NCBI GenBank assembly: GCA_043827405.1
Contig: JBDRPD010000017.1
Coordinates: 1 to 40,542, forward strand
Source of the DNA: Elusimicrobiota bacterium
Lineage (GTDB): Bacteria; Elusimicrobiota; Elusimicrobia; UBA1565
Direction: 5' to 3'
DNA: 40,542 nt
Under the pieces are notes generated by a model, which saw only the letters and a program-made list of their open reading frames with translations, ran no database searches and was not told the origin of the DNA. The position numbers and the translations under genes are program-made. Positions 27,564-37,047 of the stretch are shown here, piece after piece. Every line of letters starts with the position of its first letter. Position 1 is the stretch's first letter.

Positions 27564-28676
27564 CTAATCGTCGAAGAGGGCCTGGTAGGCGGCTTCGTAC
27601 TTCTGCAGCATAGCGGCGAGCTTGAAGTGCTCGTTGACCACCATTTTGGCGCTTTCCCCCAGCCGCCGGCGGTATTCGGGATCCACGATCAGGTCCTGCA
27701 GCGGGACGAACAGCGCCTGCGCGTCTTTCGGCTGGCAGAGAACGCCGGAGATCTCGTGCGACACCGCTTCCGGTACGCCGTCGACCCGCGTGGCGACTGC
27801 GGGCAGTCCCAGGGCCATGGCCTCCAGGAGCGCGTTCGGGAGCCCCTCCCATAGGGACGGCAGGACGAAGATGTCGAGCGCCGAAAGCCAGGCGGGGATA
27901 TTGGCCTGCTCGCCGAGCAGGTGCACTACGCCCTCCAGCCGCAGCTGACGGATCATCCCTTCCAGACGCGGCCGCAGAGGGCCCTGGCCCAGGATCACGC
28001 ATTGCACCGGATGCGAGGCCCTGAGCTTGGCCACCGCTTCGAGAAGGTAGACATGGCCCTTTTGCTCGTTAAGCCGGCCTACCGCGCCGAGCAGGATATC
28101 CCGGTCTTCCAGCTTGAGTTCCCGGCGGCGCTTGGCGCGCTCCTTTTTGGAGATGGGCCAGCCGGCGATGTCCACGCCGTTATGTATGGTGGTGGTCCGG
28201 TTCTCCGGATAGCCGCGCCGCTCGATAAGATACTTGCGCGAAGCCTCGCACTCGGCGATCAGCAGATCGTCGGCGCTCTTTAAATAGGAGTCGATCATGA
28301 GCGAGAAGCCGCCCCGCGTGCGGTAGTTGACGCGCGGCGAGCTTATGAGCCGGAACTCGGCGTAGCCCAGCTTGCGCACGGCGCGGCTGAGCTGGATCGC
28401 CTGGTACATGATCGCGTGCACGGCGTCCGGTTTGGTCTCATGAATGATCATCGCGAGCTTCTGCAGGTCTTTGAGCCCCGCCCGGCCCTGCACGTCGAGC
28501 GTATAAACGGGGAAGCCCGCCGCCTCAAGCTTGCGGGCGTACTCGCCTTTCGGCTTGAGCGTTACGATACCGGCTACTTCGCAGATTTTGGGATCGAGCA
28601 GCGTCGCCAGGGTGAAGAGGGTCTTCTCGGCGCCGCCGAGGCCCGAGGACGTGCTGACGAAAAGGAGCCTTTTCAC
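27564..28676 (-). CDS. GT4 family glycosyltransferase
   Basis: GGAE, IHNGVD, VGRLNEQKGH, DIFVLPSLWEGLPNALLEAMA. Confidence 0.92.
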   Translation of the reverse strand: MKRLLFVSTSSGLGGAEKTLFTLATLLDPKICEVAGIVTLKPKGEYARKLEAAGFPVYTLDVQGRAGLKDLQKLAMIIHETKPDAVHAIMYQAIQLSRAVRKLGYAEFRLISSPRVNYRTRGGFSLMIDSYLKSADDLLIAECEASRKYLIERRGYPENRTTTIHNGVDIAGWPISKKERAKRRRELKLEDRDILLGAVGRLNEQKGHVYLLEAVAKLRASHPVQCVILGQGPLRPRLEGMIRQLRLEGVVHLLGEQANIPAWLSALDIFVLPSLWEGLPNALLEAMALGLPAVATRVDGVPEAVSHEISGVLCQPKDAQALFVPLQDLIVDPEYRRRLGESAKMVVNEHFKLAAMLQKYEAAYQALFDD

Positions 28677-29800
28677 TTGCCGAAGAATCGCCGGATCTCC
28701 GCGGCCACCTTCTCCACGTCGGCCGGGGCGAGTTCGGGAAACAGCGGCAGCGCCAGCACTTCACGGGCCGCCCGCTCGGACACCGCGAGCACCTCCGGTT
28801 TCCGTTCCGGGGCGACATAGGCGGTCTGCAGATGGATCGGCTTCGGATAGTATATCCCGGTCCCGATGCCGGCGTCGGCGAGGTGCTTCTGCAGGGCATC
28901 GCGGCGGTCGCACTGCACGACGAACAGGTGACAGGCGTCGCGGCTGTCGCTGTCCGTTTTAGACGGCAGGCGCAGGGGCGTGTCCGCGAGCAGCGTGCGG
29001 TAAAGGCCGCAGAGCGCGCCGCGGGCCGCCGTCCATTCCTCCAAGCGGCGGAGCTTCACCCGCAGGAAAGCGGCCTGCAGTTCGTCGAGCCGGGCGTTGT
29101 AGCCGACGCAGGCGTGATCGTACTGATGACCGGCGCGGCGTCCGCAGTTGCTGAGGGTGCTCAGCCGGGCGTGGAGCTCTTTGTTGTCCGTGAGCACGGC
29201 TCCGGCGTCGCCGAACGCGCCGATATTTTTCGAGGGGTAGAAGCTGAAAGCGCCCGCGTCGCCGATGATCCCGACGGGACGGCCCCGGTAGCGGGCGAGA
29301 TGGGCCTGGGCGCAGTCTTCGATGATGCGGATATCGGGCTTGGGCAGCGCCGCCTGGATGCCGTCCATGTCCGCCGGGCGGCCGAAGAGGTGGACGGGGA
29401 TGACGGCCTTGGTGCGCGAGGTGACGCGCTGACGCAGGTCCTCGGGATCCATAGTCAGCGTGCCGGGATCAACGTCCACGAAGATCGGCCGCGCTCCCCG
29501 GGAGCTTACGCAGGTCGCCGTGGCGATAAAAGAGAAGGACGGCACGGCGACTTCGTCGCCGGGGCCGATGCCGCAGGCTTCGAGCGCGAGCTCGAGCGCG
29601 ACCGTCCCGGAAGCCATGCCGGCGCAATACTTGGCGCCGGAGGCCGCGGCGAACTCGGCCTCGAACGCCTGGACCTCCGGGCCGAGGATGTAGCGGCCGG
29701 AGTCCATGACGCGGGCGGCGGTCTGCGCCAGCTCATCGCGCAGCGAAGCGTATTGGGATTTGAGGTCGAATACGGGGATGGATATCTTTGTCGCGCTCAA
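28673..29800 (-). CDS. DegT/DnrJ/EryC1/StrS sugar aminotransferase
   Basis: SGTVAL, PVHLFG, EDCAQAH, SFYPSKNIGAFGDAG, NARLDELQAA; TTG start at 29800 overlapping the upstream stop. Confidence 0.9.
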   Translation of the reverse strand: MSATKISIPVFDLKSQYASLRDELAQTAARVMDSGRYILGPEVQAFEAEFAAASGAKYCAGMASGTVALELALEACGIGPGDEVAVPSFSFIATATCVSSRGARPIFVDVDPGTLTMDPEDLRQRVTSRTKAVIPVHLFGRPADMDGIQAALPKPDIRIIEDCAQAHLARYRGRPVGIIGDAGAFSFYPSKNIGAFGDAGAVLTDNKELHARLSTLSNCGRRAGHQYDHACVGYNARLDELQAAFLRVKLRRLEEWTAARGALCGLYRTLLADTPLRLPSKTDSDSRDACHLFVVQCDRRDALQKHLADAGIGTGIYYPKPIHLQTAYVAPERKPEVLAVSERAAREVLALPLFPELAPADVEKVAAEIRRFFGK

Positions 29801-31260
29801 TAGGCCCCCTTGGCTGCCAGCATGGCCGGGACCGTTTTCAGGATGATCTCCAGGTCCAGGCCGAGCGACCAATGCTCAATATAGAATAGGTCCAGGGCGA
29901 AGCGTTGATCGGAGCTGATGTCCGAACGCCCAGAGACCTGCCATAGTCCGGTAATTCCGGGAAGGATGTTCATGCGTTTTTTTGCGGTCGGTCCGAACTG
30001 CCGTACCAGCTGCTCCATTTCTCCGGTCCGGCAGGCCAGCGGGCGGGGTCCGACGACGCTCATTTCGCCCAGCAGGACGTTGAAGAACTGCGGAAACTCG
30101 TCGATGGAGAAGCGCCGCAGCCAGCGTCCTACGGACGTGATGCGCGGGTCGTTCTTGGATTTGAAGAAACCGCCTTTCTGGTCGTTGAGCCCGCGCACAT
30201 CATTAAGGGAGGCCTCGGCGTCTTGGACCATGGTGCGGAACTTGAAGGCGCGGAATATTTCTCCGCGGAAGCCCAGGCGTTCTTGACGGTACAGCGCCGG
30301 TCCTTTGGAGTCGAGGCGGATGAGCAGCGCGATAAGCAGCATCGGCAGGCCGAAAACGGCGAGCACCGCGAGCGAGAACAGGATGTCGAATGTCCGCTTG
30401 GCCGCGAAGTTGGCGCGCGTCAGCTGGGTATGCTGCAGCCGGTAAGCGGGAAGGCCGAGCGACTCGTCCATCTGTATCTCGCCCAAGCGCAGCTCCAGCA
30501 GGTTGGGGATCATCCGGAAGTTGATGGCGTGGGATTCGCAGGTCTCCGCGATCTCCAACAGCCGGTCATGCGGCACGTCCTTCTTGGTGAGGACGACCTC
30601 GCGGATCCCTTCGTCGCGGGCCAGCTGCACGATCTCCTCCGGCGTGGGCAGGTGGGCGATCTTATGTATCGGCACGTTGGGGTGCCTTTCCAGAATATTA
30701 TCGAGGACGAGCTGGGCGACGCGATTGCGGCCGATGAGCAGCAGCGGGGACGTCGCTTCGAGAGACGCCAGGCCCTCGTCGATCCAGGCGATGAGGATAT
30801 GCGACAGGGCGACCGTCCCGATGGCGACCGGCGAAGCCATCAGCAGCATGAGGCGGGAATAGAGCATATGGCCGTAGATGTAGGTGGCCACCAAAGTGGC
30901 GATCGTGCCGAGCAGGGCCGCCTTGACGATTTGCAGGAGGTGGTCGAAGGGATTGATCCAGGGACGGGTGTAGAGCCGCGCCGAATACAGGAGGAGGAAC
31001 AGCCACAGCGGCACAATGATGTACATGACGTCCGCGTGATATGCCCAGCCCGGATCGACGCCGTCGACCGGGAAGTGCCGCGTCCACCAACCGGCGTGGA
31101 AGCGTACTTTGTACGCGGCCCAGTAGGCCAGCGTGACCGCTCCCGCGTCGAATAAGAAATACAGCAGGTAGCGCGTTCCGTGACGGATCCAGCGCGGCAG
31201 CGCGCCGTTGCGGCGGCTGGGGGTGCGCCGGCGCAGGCTGCGGACGGTCTTGGTGTGCAT
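29797..31260 (-). CDS. Polyprenyl-phosphate sugar phosphotransferase (WcaJ/WbaP-like priming glycosyltransferase)
   Basis: N-terminal TM segments, KRTFD, FKFRTM, DPRIT.VG..LRR.SIDE.PQ, VGPRP, PGITGLWQVSGR, D..YIEHWSL.LD. Confidence 0.92.
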   Translation of the reverse strand: MHTKTVRSLRRRTPSRRNGALPRWIRHGTRYLLYFLFDAGAVTLAYWAAYKVRFHAGWWTRHFPVDGVDPGWAYHADVMYIIVPLWLFLLLYSARLYTRPWINPFDHLLQIVKAALLGTIATLVATYIYGHMLYSRLMLLMASPVAIGTVALSHILIAWIDEGLASLEATSPLLLIGRNRVAQLVLDNILERHPNVPIHKIAHLPTPEEIVQLARDEGIREVVLTKKDVPHDRLLEIAETCESHAINFRMIPNLLELRLGEIQMDESLGLPAYRLQHTQLTRANFAAKRTFDILFSLAVLAVFGLPMLLIALLIRLDSKGPALYRQERLGFRGEIFRAFKFRTMVQDAEASLNDVRGLNDQKGGFFKSKNDPRITSVGRWLRRFSIDEFPQFFNVLLGEMSVVGPRPLACRTGEMEQLVRQFGPTAKKRMNILPGITGLWQVSGRSDISSDQRFALDLFYIEHWSLGLDLEIILKTVPAMLAAKGAY

Positions 31261-32591
31261 TACCCGCGCCTCCGCAGCTCCTCGATCGCCGCGATTTCTT
31301 TGGCGGCGGCGGTGAGATTGTGCGGTGCGGCGCCGCGCCGGATGACGATATTGTCCTCAATGCGAATGCCGCCGAAATTCAGGTAGGAGTCCGCCCGGGC
31401 GAAGTCGATGGAGGTGCGGAACTTGCGGCGGCGCTTCGGGTCGCCGAGGAGCGCGCGCATGAAGTAGATGCCCGGCTCGACGGTCATAACGAATCCCGGC
31501 TCCAGCCGGGAGGCAAAGCGCAGCGGGAGATTCGCGGGAATGGAAATTTTTCTTTTGCGGCCGCCGTCCGGATCGTGTACGTCGAGCCCCAGCATATGGC
31601 CGAGGCCGTGCGGATAGAACAGCCGTACGGCGCCGCTTTCCACTAGGCCGTCCGCGTTTCCGCGCATGAGCTTGAGGTCCCGGAGCCCTTGCGCGATCAG
31701 CTTCGCGGAATGGAGGTGCAGCTCGGCGGAGGTGACCCCGGCGCGCGCTTTGCCGATGCATGCCTTCTGTGTTTCCAGCACGATGGAATAAATGTCGCGC
31801 TGGCGGCGCGTGAAGCGGCGGCTCACCGGGAAGGTCCGCGTGATGTCGGCGGCATAGCCGCGCGCTTCCGCGCCCGCGTCGATGAGCAGGAGGTCGCCGC
31901 TTTTGAGCGCCGCGTCGTTGCGCACGTAATGCAGCACCGCGGAGTTCGTCCCGGCGGCGACGATCGACGGATACGCCTGGTGGCGCAGCCCGGCGCGCCG
32001 GCACTCGGACTCAAAGACCGCCTGCACTTCGTACTCGCGCATCCCGGGACGCGCGGCGCGCATCGCCGCGGTATGCGCGCGGGAGCTGATCTTGCTCGCC
32101 TGCCGGATGAGCGCGACCTCTCCAGGCGTCTTGACGGCGCGCAGTTCCTGCAGGCCCTGGCTCAGGCCGCTCGGCCCGCTTTTAAGTCCGCGCAGCGCCG
32201 GCCGGCAGGTTTTCCATGCGGCCTTGTCGGCGTAGCACTTCCGGTAGCCTTTCCTCCGCTTCTTCAGTACAGCCGGCAAGGCGTCGGCGTAGCGTACCTG
32301 AGGCACTCCGTAGAGCCGGCGGGCTTCGGCCGGGCCGGGAATATGGCCCTGCCAGACGCGGTGCTTGTCATCGATCCGGGGAATGAACAGGACGCTGGTC
32401 CGCCGCTTCGGGTCCAGCAGCAAATGGAAGCCGGGTTCCTCGATTCCGGTGAGGTAGAGGAAATCTGAATTTTGCCGAAAAACATAACAAACGTCGCTGT
32501 TTCTTGGGACTTCGCGGCCGCCGGACAAAAGTATCAGTCCGTCGGGAAGACGCCGCATTAAGGCTGCCCGATGCTTGGTAAACATGTTCAT
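31260..32591 (-). CDS. pepP: Xaa-Pro aminopeptidase (M24B)
   Basis: FRQNSDFLYLTG, LLIDAGAE..GYAADITRTFP, HGLGHMLGLDVHD, TVEPGIY, GGIRIEDN. Confidence 0.9.
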   Translation of the reverse strand: MNMFTKHRAALMRRLPDGLILLSGGREVPRNSDVCYVFRQNSDFLYLTGIEEPGFHLLLDPKRRTSVLFIPRIDDKHRVWQGHIPGPAEARRLYGVPQVRYADALPAVLKKRRKGYRKCYADKAAWKTCRPALRGLKSGPSGLSQGLQELRAVKTPGEVALIRQASKISSRAHTAAMRAARPGMREYEVQAVFESECRRAGLRHQAYPSIVAAGTNSAVLHYVRNDAALKSGDLLLIDAGAEARGYAADITRTFPVSRRFTRRQRDIYSIVLETQKACIGKARAGVTSAELHLHSAKLIAQGLRDLKLMRGNADGLVESGAVRLFYPHGLGHMLGLDVHDPDGGRKRKISIPANLPLRFASRLEPGFVMTVEPGIYFMRALLGDPKRRRKFRTSIDFARADSYLNFGGIRIEDNIVIRRGAAPHNLTAAAKEIAAIEELRRRG

Positions 32592-32599
32592 CGCGGCCA

Positions 32600-32608
32600 A
32601 TTATAGCA
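32600..32608 (-). promoter_or_regulatory. Extended -10 promoter TGcTATAAT 8 nt before the ATG at 32591
   Basis: Minus strand reads TGCTATAAT-TGGCCGCG-ATG; no SD. Confidence 0.65.
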
Positions 32609-32613
32609 TTCCC

Positions 32614-34152
32614 TTAAGTGGGGGGGAGCGCGGCGGCGAACTCTTCCTCGCTGGTCACCGGCAGCAGGCGGTCGAGATCATAGCGGTAAATCCAGAGGTT
32701 GGTGTAGGGATAACGCTGCAGCACCTGCCCTCCCGACTCCTCGCGGACCTCCTGCGGGTCATGCGTTATGCGGTGACTCATGATGTTGGCCTGCAGCGAT
32801 TTCCGACCGGACGCGGTTTTTAGCATTCTATCGAAGTCCCAATAGGAGTCAAAGACGATGGCTGTTCCTATCATATTGGGTACGCCCGCAAGCAGCAATA
32901 CGGCGCGTTCTTCGGGTATGGCGGCGAGGTGCGGCCGGACGCGGCCGACAACCCGCTGCTGCAAAGTCCACGATTCGGTCCACTCCTGCGACGCGTGCCA
33001 GTTGGCCGTCGTCGCCAGCACCAGCGCCGTGGTGAAGACGGCCGTGCGGACGCGGACGGTCAGCAGGAGATAGAGCCCCGCCGCGACGAGCCCCGCGGCG
33101 AACGCCCCGCCGGTGTTGAGCCGGTTCATCAGGCTGAGCATGTCGGGGGCGTAATTGCCCGAGGCGGCATAGGGGGCGTAGGCGGCGAAGAACATCAAGA
33201 CGCCGCCGCCGATAAACAGGGGCGCCGTGCGGCGCGGGGATTTAACCGGCGGCGCATGGTGCAGGGCGTACGCCGCGGCGGCCGCCGCCGCCGCCAGCAG
33301 CGCTCCTTTCCCGAGGGACATGAATGCCGCAGCGTCGGCCAAACTTTTCAGGCTCAGCCATAGCGGGCCGGTGGTCATGCAGTGCGCGGCTTTGGCGAAG
33401 GTCCAAATGACATGGCGCGCAGAGAAATGCATGAGCTTGGCGAAGCTGTCGGGCAGGAGCGCCGGCACGAGCACCCGCTGATGCAGAAACAGCACGGCGA
33501 AGGCGGCGAGATAGGGCGTGAGCGCGCGCAGGGCATTCAGGGCGCGCGCTTGGCCGCTGTCGTCGTGACGGCGCCAATACTCGTAGACCGCCAGCCAAAC
33601 GATCCAGCCCATGGTCGCTTCGTACGTCAAGAGGGCCGTCAGATAGCATAAAGCGGCGGGCAGGGCGTAGGGGCGTCCTCGGCGCTTGACGCCGAGGATG
33701 TGAAAACAGAAAGCGGCCGCCAGCAGGGCGGTGGAGAGCGACGATACGGAAACAATCCACCAAAAGTGCGTGCAGGCGCGGTTGGGGTAGATGAGAAAGA
33801 CCGCGGCGGCGATCCAGGAGGCGGCGGTTTCCCGGGTCGCCGCGCGCAGCGCGATGAAAAGCAGGATGCCCGTTATGCACTCCAGCAGCAGCATGCCGGC
33901 CTGGTAGGGCAGAGGATTAAGGCCGCCCAGAGCGTAGAAAAAGGGGATGAAAAGCATCAGCACGGGGCGCGACCAGTGCCCGCGCGGGAGATGAACGCGG
34001 AAGGCGTCGATGAAGGAGTCGGGGGCCATGCTGCTGAGATACTCGAGGTGCACCCAGTCGTCGTGGTAGAAGCCGCGCTGATGGACCTGCAGCCCGAAGG
34101 AGAAAAGTTCCAGCAGGATCAGGGCGCCGACGAAGATGGCCGTGCGTTTCAT
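32614..34152 (-). CDS. Multi-pass membrane protein, putative GT-C glycosyltransferase (paralog A)
   Basis: GFYHDDW after TM1, WSRP, ALLTYE, many TM segments; TATACT 8 nt before the ATG. Confidence 0.65.
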   Translation of the reverse strand: MKRTAIFVGALILLELFSFGLQVHQRGFYHDDWVHLEYLSSMAPDSFIDAFRVHLPRGHWSRPVLMLFIPFFYALGGLNPLPYQAGMLLLECITGILLFIALRAATRETAASWIAAAVFLIYPNRACTHFWWIVSVSSLSTALLAAAFCFHILGVKRRGRPYALPAALCYLTALLTYEATMGWIVWLAVYEYWRRHDDSGQARALNALRALTPYLAAFAVLFLHQRVLVPALLPDSFAKLMHFSARHVIWTFAKAAHCMTTGPLWLSLKSLADAAAFMSLGKGALLAAAAAAAAYALHHAPPVKSPRRTAPLFIGGGVLMFFAAYAPYAASGNYAPDMLSLMNRLNTGGAFAAGLVAAGLYLLLTVRVRTAVFTTALVLATTANWHASQEWTESWTLQQRVVGRVRPHLAAIPEERAVLLLAGVPNMIGTAIVFDSYWDFDRMLKTASGRKSLQANIMSHRITHDPQEVREESGGQVLQRYPYTNLWIYRYDLDRLLPVTSEEEFAAALPPT

Positions 34153-34215
34153 GCGGGGATAGTATATGAAGGAATTGCGGCGCCGGGGGCAAACGGCTAC
34201 ACTCTGCTTCAGACC

Positions 34216-35745
34216 GTGCCTACGATTACGTTTCGGCGTCTTCTGATCCTGCTCGCCCTGGAAGCTGTGTGCTTCGGGCCGTATTTATTTTCCACCGGCT
34301 TCTACCTGGACGACTACGTCTTTCTCCACTACGTCATTGCCGATGTCGGCCCGGGCGGGACGCCCGACTTGGCGGCGGGAATCCGCTCCTTCGCCGCCGG
34401 CGGTTTCTGGAACCGGCCGGCGGAGATCCTGCACTATCCGCTGCTGATTTGGCTCGGCGGGATGAAGCCGTGGCTTTACCGCTGCGTCGGGCTGGCGCTG
34501 GAGCTGCTGCTGGGCGTCTTTATGTTCCTGACGTTCCGCCGCATCTCCGGCGACGGCTGTCTGGCGCTGCTCGCCGGCGTCTTTGCGCTGGCGTATCCCA
34601 ACCACACCGTCACGCATGTATGGATGACGGCCTCGGCGCCCGTCGCTTCGTTCGTACTCGTATTCGCGAGCCTGGCGCTGCATGGGCGCGCCCTGGCGCG
34701 GCGGGACAAGCGGGCCGCCGTCGGGGCGCAGGCGCTGTTTTTGTTCGCTTTGCTTGAGTATGAGGCGGTGGCTTTCTTTCCAGTATTATTTGTCGCCGCG
34801 CGTATCGCCCGGCGCGGCGTCGCGCGGTCCGTTCGTGAGTCGTGGCATTATGCGGCGACGCTGGCGGCGGCGATGCTCTATTTGCGGGGCTTCGCGACGC
34901 TGTTAATCGAGGAGCCGACCCGTCCCGTGCGGCTGAGCCTGGAGCACTTCGCGGCGGTCTACCATGAGGCCTTGGCCTGCGCGACCACGCGTCCGTTCGG
35001 GCTCTTTCTCGACGCCCTGGCGGGCGACGCCGCCGCTCTCGGCCTGGCCGCCAGGATCGCGCTGCTCGTCGCGGCCGCCGGACTGGCGTATGTGATCGGA
35101 CGCGAGCGCCGCGCGGCTCCCGTTTCAAGGGACGGCGCTTTCGCCTTGCTGGCGGCGGCGGCGGCGCTGTTTGTTGTCTCCTATATCCCGTACGCGCTTA
35201 CCGGGACCTATATGCCGCGGATCGTGGGCGTCATGAACCGGCTCAACCATGGCGGCGGGATCGCCGCCGGGATGGCGCTGGCCGCCGGCTGCGGGCTTAT
35301 GCCCGGGCGCTGGCGGGGACTGCCGCTGCGTACCGGCGCGGTGACCGCGGCGCTGGCGTTAATGATAACGGTGCAGTGGGACGCCGGTCATAAATGGAGC
35401 GAGGCCTGGAGCCTGCAGCGCCGGACGGTCGAGGATATCCGCGCCGAACTGCCCGCGGGGCCGGCGACGGTCGTGCTGGCGGAGCTTCCGTCCTCCTATC
35501 ACGGCGCGACCATATTCCGTACCAGCTATGATATAACGCGCGCGCTGTGGTACGCCGTCGGCCGCAAGGATATCCGGGGAGATTGGGCGCTGAGCGGCCG
35601 TTATGACGACGCTGCGCTGGTCGTCGTCAACGGCCAAGGCATGGTCAGCCGCTATCCGTACGAGAACCTCTATATCTATGACGGCAGGAAAAGGCGGCTG
35701 TTTTCCGTGACCGGGAAAGGGCGCGTCTCCCCTATTGAATCCTGA
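34216..35745 (+). CDS. Multi-pass membrane protein, putative GT-C glycosyltransferase (paralog B)
   Basis: GFYLDDY, WNRP, ALLEYE, MNRLN; colinear with 32614-34152. GTG start at 34216 inferred from that alignment. Confidence 0.65.
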   Translation: MPTITFRRLLILLALEAVCFGPYLFSTGFYLDDYVFLHYVIADVGPGGTPDLAAGIRSFAAGGFWNRPAEILHYPLLIWLGGMKPWLYRCVGLALELLLGVFMFLTFRRISGDGCLALLAGVFALAYPNHTVTHVWMTASAPVASFVLVFASLALHGRALARRDKRAAVGAQALFLFALLEYEAVAFFPVLFVAARIARRGVARSVRESWHYAATLAAAMLYLRGFATLLIEEPTRPVRLSLEHFAAVYHEALACATTRPFGLFLDALAGDAAALGLAARIALLVAAAGLAYVIGRERRAAPVSRDGAFALLAAAAALFVVSYIPYALTGTYMPRIVGVMNRLNHGGGIAAGMALAAGCGLMPGRWRGLPLRTGAVTAALALMITVQWDAGHKWSEAWSLQRRTVEDIRAELPAGPATVVLAELPSSYHGATIFRTSYDITRALWYAVGRKDIRGDWALSGRYDDAALVVVNGQGMVSRYPYENLYIYDGRKRRLFSVTGKGRVSPIES

Positions 35746-37045
35746 ATACGGCGATCGCGTTGCGGTCTCCCGTCTCGTAGAAGAACTCCGAAGCCATGTG
35801 CTCCTGCGCGAAGCCGCGGAAACTTTCGAGGTCGAAGCGTTTGCTGTAATCGCCCACCCCGGGATTCGTTAACCACCGCGCAAGCGCCGCCAGCGGTCCG
35901 CAAGAGCTCGCGGCGGCGTTGCGCACCGGCTCGCTGATGATGACGGCTTTGCCGGCGGCCTTGCGCATGCGCTCGAGCATATCGGTGCGCCGGTCGTGAA
36001 AATGGTAGAAGCTGCTGCACATGACCACATAGTCCGCCGGGTCGATCGGATCGGTGAGCGCGTCGCGCAGTTTCGCCGGAACGCCGCGGCGGCGGATGGA
36101 CATCACGAAGTGGCCGCTCGCATCGTGGCCGGTATAGCGGCAGCCCCGGCCGCGCAGGTGGTCCCGGTAGAGGCGCGCGGTCCCGCAGCAGACGTCGGTC
36201 ACCGAGCTTCCCGCGGGGATGAGGCCGGCGACGCGGGCCAAGGTCCGCGTGTTGGCGCGGCCGCAGAGGAGCCGCATGAAAGCGTCGTAGCCGATCCCGG
36301 TCCAGTAGATGGGAGAGCGGTCGAGCATGCCGAGGCCGACCTGGTAGCGGAAGCGGTGCAGCTCGACGAGATAGTTCCAGGTGTCGCGCACGATGCGCAC
36401 CGTGGATTCCTTGTCGTAGCGGCGCAGGAAGAGCACCGGCATCTCAATGATGCGCAGGTCGGCCAAGGCGGCCCGCGCCATGACCTCGGTGTCCCAGAAC
36501 CAGCCGTCGCTCGCGCAGCTGAGGATGATGTCGCGGCAGGGCTCCAGGCGAAAGAACTTGCAGCCCGTCTCGCTGTCTTTGACGCCGAAGTTGAGAAAGA
36601 AGGCGCAGATCCCGCGGTAGCCGTGCGAGAGGATATGCCGGACCCAGCCGCCGGTCTGGCTCAGCAGATAGTGCCGGTGGCCGGTGGCGACGTCGCAGCT
36701 CCCTTCTTCGATCAGGCGCACCAGGGCGGGGATGTAATGCGCGCCGACCTCGAGGTCGATGTCGAGAAAGCCCGCGACGCGGCCGCGCGCTTGCGCGACG
36801 CCGGTTTTGACGGCGCCGCCGCGGCCGCGGTTGCGGTCATGAAATATCGCGCGTGCATTCGCGCGGTCGCGGCACAGCCCTTTAATTACGCCCCGTGTTC
36901 CGTCCGGGCTGCCGTCATCGACAAAGATAAGCTCATATTTCCAGCGGGTCTGATCGAGAACGGCGGTGAGCGTTCGCACGCTGGCCGCGAGATGAGATTC
37001 TTCCCGGTAGCAGGGGATAATGAGGGAGAGGTCGATTTTCGGCAT
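35732..37045 (-). CDS. GT2 (polyprenol-phosphate glycosyltransferase-like) fused to a class I SAM-dependent methyltransferase
   Basis: N-terminus IIPCY, VDDGSPDGT, NRGRG, FLDIDL, DSETGCKFF, WFWDTE; C-terminus SVTDVCCGTA motif I, SSFYH, IISEP. Confidence 0.8.
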   Translation of the reverse strand: MPKIDLSLIIPCYREESHLAASVRTLTAVLDQTRWKYELIFVDDGSPDGTRGVIKGLCRDRANARAIFHDRNRGRGGAVKTGVAQARGRVAGFLDIDLEVGAHYIPALVRLIEEGSCDVATGHRHYLLSQTGGWVRHILSHGYRGICAFFLNFGVKDSETGCKFFRLEPCRDIILSCASDGWFWDTEVMARAALADLRIIEMPVLFLRRYDKESTVRIVRDTWNYLVELHRFRYQVGLGMLDRSPIYWTGIGYDAFMRLLCGRANTRTLARVAGLIPAGSSVTDVCCGTARLYRDHLRGRGCRYTGHDASGHFVMSIRRRGVPAKLRDALTDPIDPADYVVMCSSFYHFHDRRTDMLERMRKAAGKAVIISEPVRNAAASSCGPLAALARWLTNPGVGDYSKRFDLESFRGFAQEHMASEFFYETGDRNAIAVFRIQ

Positions 37046-37047
37046 CC

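Noticed and set aside
33700..34215. N-terminal extension of the 681-aa ORF
   Set aside because: It overlaps the opposite-strand paralog; homology begins at about 34216.
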